Part shown: in pieces, positions 61,931 through 64,000 of the stretch
Position numbering within the stretch: position 1 is the first letter of the stretch
Layout: the number at the start of each line of letters is the position of its first letter
Origin: Aulosira sp. ZfuVER01
GTDB lineage: Bacteria; Cyanobacteriota; Cyanobacteriia; Cyanobacteriales; Nostocaceae
Assembly (NCBI GenBank): GCA_034530615.2
Contig: JAVRCV020000071.1
Location: forward strand, 96,001 to 160,000
Reading direction: 5' to 3'
DNA: 64,000 nt
Program-made: the position numbers and the translations under genes
The notes under the pieces: model-generated
Seen by the model: only the letters and a program-made list of their open reading frames with translations
Databases searched by the model: none
Told to the model about the DNA's origin: nothing

Positions 61931-62884
61931 ATGCCATTAACCTTTCAGCCTCCCACCATACAACCTATCCATAGCGCTATTGCCCAACAGGCTGGAGTTG
62001 AATTATCTGTCCTCCGCCTCGATTGTATGCACCCGTGGGTTAATGGCAATAAGTGGTTCAAGCTGAAGTACAACATCTTGGAGGCTAAACAGAGAAATTT
62101 CACGACGCTGCTGACATTTGGTGGTGCTTATTCTAACCATATCTTTGCCACCGCCGCCGCCGGAAATCTTTTCGGCTTCCGCACTATTGGGATGATTCGG
62201 GGAGAGGAGAGATTGCCTCTTAACCCAACACTGAGTTTTGCCGTGCAACAAGGGATGCAGCTTTTCTACCTCGACCGCGAGAAATACCGACAGCGACACA
62301 CTACAGCATTACAAGCGGAATTACAGCAACGCTTCGGTGAGGTATTTATCATTCCCGAAGGTGGCAGCAATCTCAACGGTGTACGCGGTTGCATGGAAAT
62401 ATTGAACACAGCAGCATTTGATATCGTATGTGTGGCTTGTGGTACAGGTACTACCTTAGCCGGAATTATCCTTTCGTTACACAAAAACCAGCGCGCTATC
62501 GGCTTTCCGGTTCTCAAAGACAGGGCATTTCTCGCGTCGGAAATAGATAGTTGGTTGAAGGATTACCTCGCTTCTGGTTTACCAATTGTTGATGAAGCGA
62601 TCGCATCTTGGCAACTAATTTGTGATTACCACATGGGTGGCTATGCCAAAGTCAACGAAGAACTATTACTATTTAGCCAGCAGTTTACCCAAGAACACGG
62701 CATACCTTTAGATTATGTATACACTGCCAAAATGTTTTATGGAGTGATGGATTTGCTCAAGCAGGGATTTTCTCCTCCAGGTCGGCTACTGTTGATCCAT
62801 ACTGGCGGCTTGCAGGGTAATCTCGGCATAGAGAAGCGGTTACTTCAATTGGGAAGTATGGATACTTCCCCAAGAAATCATTGA
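61931..62884 (+). CDS. D-cysteine desulfhydrase/ACC deaminase-family PLP enzyme
   Basis: GNKWFKL, FGGAYSNH, PEGG, CGTGTT, DYVYTAK and HTGG. Confidence 0.88.
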   Translation: MPLTFQPPTIQPIHSAIAQQAGVELSVLRLDCMHPWVNGNKWFKLKYNILEAKQRNFTTLLTFGGAYSNHIFATAAAGNLFGFRTIGMIRGEERLPLNPTLSFAVQQGMQLFYLDREKYRQRHTTALQAELQQRFGEVFIIPEGGSNLNGVRGCMEILNTAAFDIVCVACGTGTTLAGIILSLHKNQRAIGFPVLKDRAFLASEIDSWLKDYLASGLPIVDEAIASWQLICDYHMGGYAKVNEELLLFSQQFTQEHGIPLDYVYTAKMFYGVMDLLKQGFSPPGRLLLIHTGGLQGNLGIEKRLLQLGSMDTSPRNH

Positions 62885-63684
62885 AGTTTCAAAAACTTAT
62901 CCAAGGCTGCTACCATGCTAGGCGGCCAGCGGCGAGTATTTGTCACCCAATTGATATCTTTGTAGCGGTTATCCAGTCCAACGGCTGCTACCCAGTTACT
63001 CTCGGCTTCGCCTTTTTGTCCAGTCACCCAATAAGCAGCTGTGAGTGCAGCACGCATATCGGCAAACTTAGGATATTTACGGACAATATTTCGCATTTCC
63101 CGAATAGCTGGCTCGATTTGTCCGGTTTCATAAAGCGCTAGGGCATAGTTAGCGCGAGCAAAAGCAAAGTTAGGGGCGATTTCGACTGATTTTTTATAAT
63201 CTGCGATCGCATCTTCCCATTCTCCCAGACCTGCTTTGGCATTGCCGCGATTGTTATAAGCCATTGCATCCTTGGGATCGAGTTCTAGGACATGATTATA
63301 ATCTGCGATCGCATCTTCCCATTTGCCCAAACCTTCCAACGCTGTGCCGCGATTCAAATAAGGATCGGTGACATTTGGGGCTAGTTCTATAGCTTTGTTG
63401 TAATCTGTCAGTGCTGCTTCTAATTTGTTCTGACTTACCCTAGAGTTACCACGATTACTCCAAGCACCTGCATTGGTGGGAAATTGCTCAATTATCTGCG
63501 TCCAGTAAATTTCAGCCGTGACAAAATCACCCTGATTGGTAGCCGCAAAAGCTTTATTCGCCAACTCATCCCCTTGTTGTAACTGCTCTTGAGTCACACT
63601 AGGAGGTTGGGATACTGCCATGACTGGTGTACCCCAGCCAAACACAAGCAACAGACTGAGAAAAATACTAATTAACTGAATCAT
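62878..63684 (-). CDS. Exported TPR-repeat protein
   Basis: Signal peptide and several 34-aa TPR units (NRG...AIADY). Confidence 0.9.
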   Translation of the reverse strand: MIQLISIFLSLLLVFGWGTPVMAVSQPPSVTQEQLQQGDELANKAFAATNQGDFVTAEIYWTQIIEQFPTNAGAWSNRGNSRVSQNKLEAALTDYNKAIELAPNVTDPYLNRGTALEGLGKWEDAIADYNHVLELDPKDAMAYNNRGNAKAGLGEWEDAIADYKKSVEIAPNFAFARANYALALYETGQIEPAIREMRNIVRKYPKFADMRAALTAAYWVTGQKGEAESNWVAAVGLDNRYKDINWVTNTRRWPPSMVAALDKFLKLQ

Positions 63685-63697
63685 AATTTAATGCGAA

Positions 63698-63925
63698 TGG
63701 GGCATGGGGCATAGGGCATGGGGCATAGGGGTGGGACAAGGAAGATGTAGACGCGATAGCGGCTACTCTGCGAGAACGCTTACAGCGTTAGCGACGTACT
63801 TCTACGGAGAAGCAAGCTACACGAAACGTCTTTCCTTGGGAGAAGGAGCATCACCCACAGGGTGGGAGAAATGACAAATCACTCTTCCCTATTGCCTTTT
63901 GAGCAATGCCCAATGCCCAATGCCC
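63698..63925. repeat. STRR heptamers (ATGGGGC)n and (CAATGCC)n flanking a composite miniature-repeat cluster
   Basis: Near-complementary heptamer tracts at about 63698-63730 and 63904-63925, with GC-rich repeat fragments between them. Confidence 0.7.
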
Positions 63926-63945
63926 TTGACTTCTATCTAAAATCA

Positions 63946-64000
63946 TTACAGCAAAGACATCTGTTCATTAGGTGGCTTGAAACCTAAATGCTTATATGCT
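63946..64000 (-). CDS. ruvB: 3' end of Holliday junction helicase RuvB (partial)
   Basis: The minus strand reads ...AYKHLGFKPPNEQMSLL*, matching the cyanobacterial RuvB C-terminus as recalled. Only 17 codons are visible. Confidence 0.7.
   Translation of the reverse strand, partial: AYKHLGFKPPNEQMSLL

Noticed and set aside
61931..62884. True ACC deaminase (acdS)
   Set aside because: It has DYVYT and HTGG where ACC deaminases have DPVYE and HLGG, so it is closer to D-cysteine desulfhydrase-like members.
63197..63325. Direct repeat ATAATCTGCGATCGCATCTTCCCATT, 102 bp apart
   Set aside because: This is the 34-aa TPR periodicity within the gene.
1..64000. Frequent GCGATCGC octamer as a novel repeat
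   Set aside because: This is HIP1, a well-known cyanobacterial genomic feature.

Overview
Chromosomal segment of a filamentous cyanobacterium, most likely heterocystous (Nostocales). This is inferred from the very frequent HIP1 octamer GCGATCGC, heptamer STRR tandem repeats, psb30, cyaB2 and a cyanobacteriochrome. From left to right: the 3' part of an APC/KimA-like transporter; a five-GAF cyanobacteriochrome histidine kinase; recJ, psb30, a YkgJ protein and a split UPF0016 (TMEM165/GDT1) pair; a roughly 30-kb surface-polysaccharide locus (10.2-40.7 kb) with many glycosyltransferases, three LbH acyltransferases, two methyltransferases, a Wzy-like protein, Wzm/Wzt and a divergent Wzc. That locus is interrupted by an RTX gene, an intact IS903-group IS5 element with a 9-bp target duplication, MITE-like elements and gene remnants. 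It is followed by cyaB2, a TpsA-like exoprotein, a Rieske ferredoxin, a hybrid kinase, a GHL10 hydrolase, an uncharacterised Zn-ribbon/tandem-domain gene pair, Uma2, a LysR/small protein/GST unit, the coaT-coaR cobalt module with its 13-6-13 operator, several housekeeping-type genes and the 3' end of ruvB. No CRISPR array, rRNA or tRNA was recognised. The best candidates for undescribed biology are a 62-bp tandem array with 21-bp sub-periodicity upstream of an uncharacterised basic 120-aa gene (33.6-34.4 kb), the Zn-ribbon plus duplicated-domain gene pair (53.2-54.5 kb), the mosaic cyanobacteriochrome, and self-nesting miniature repeat elements. All family calls come from reading motifs by eye; no database search was run.
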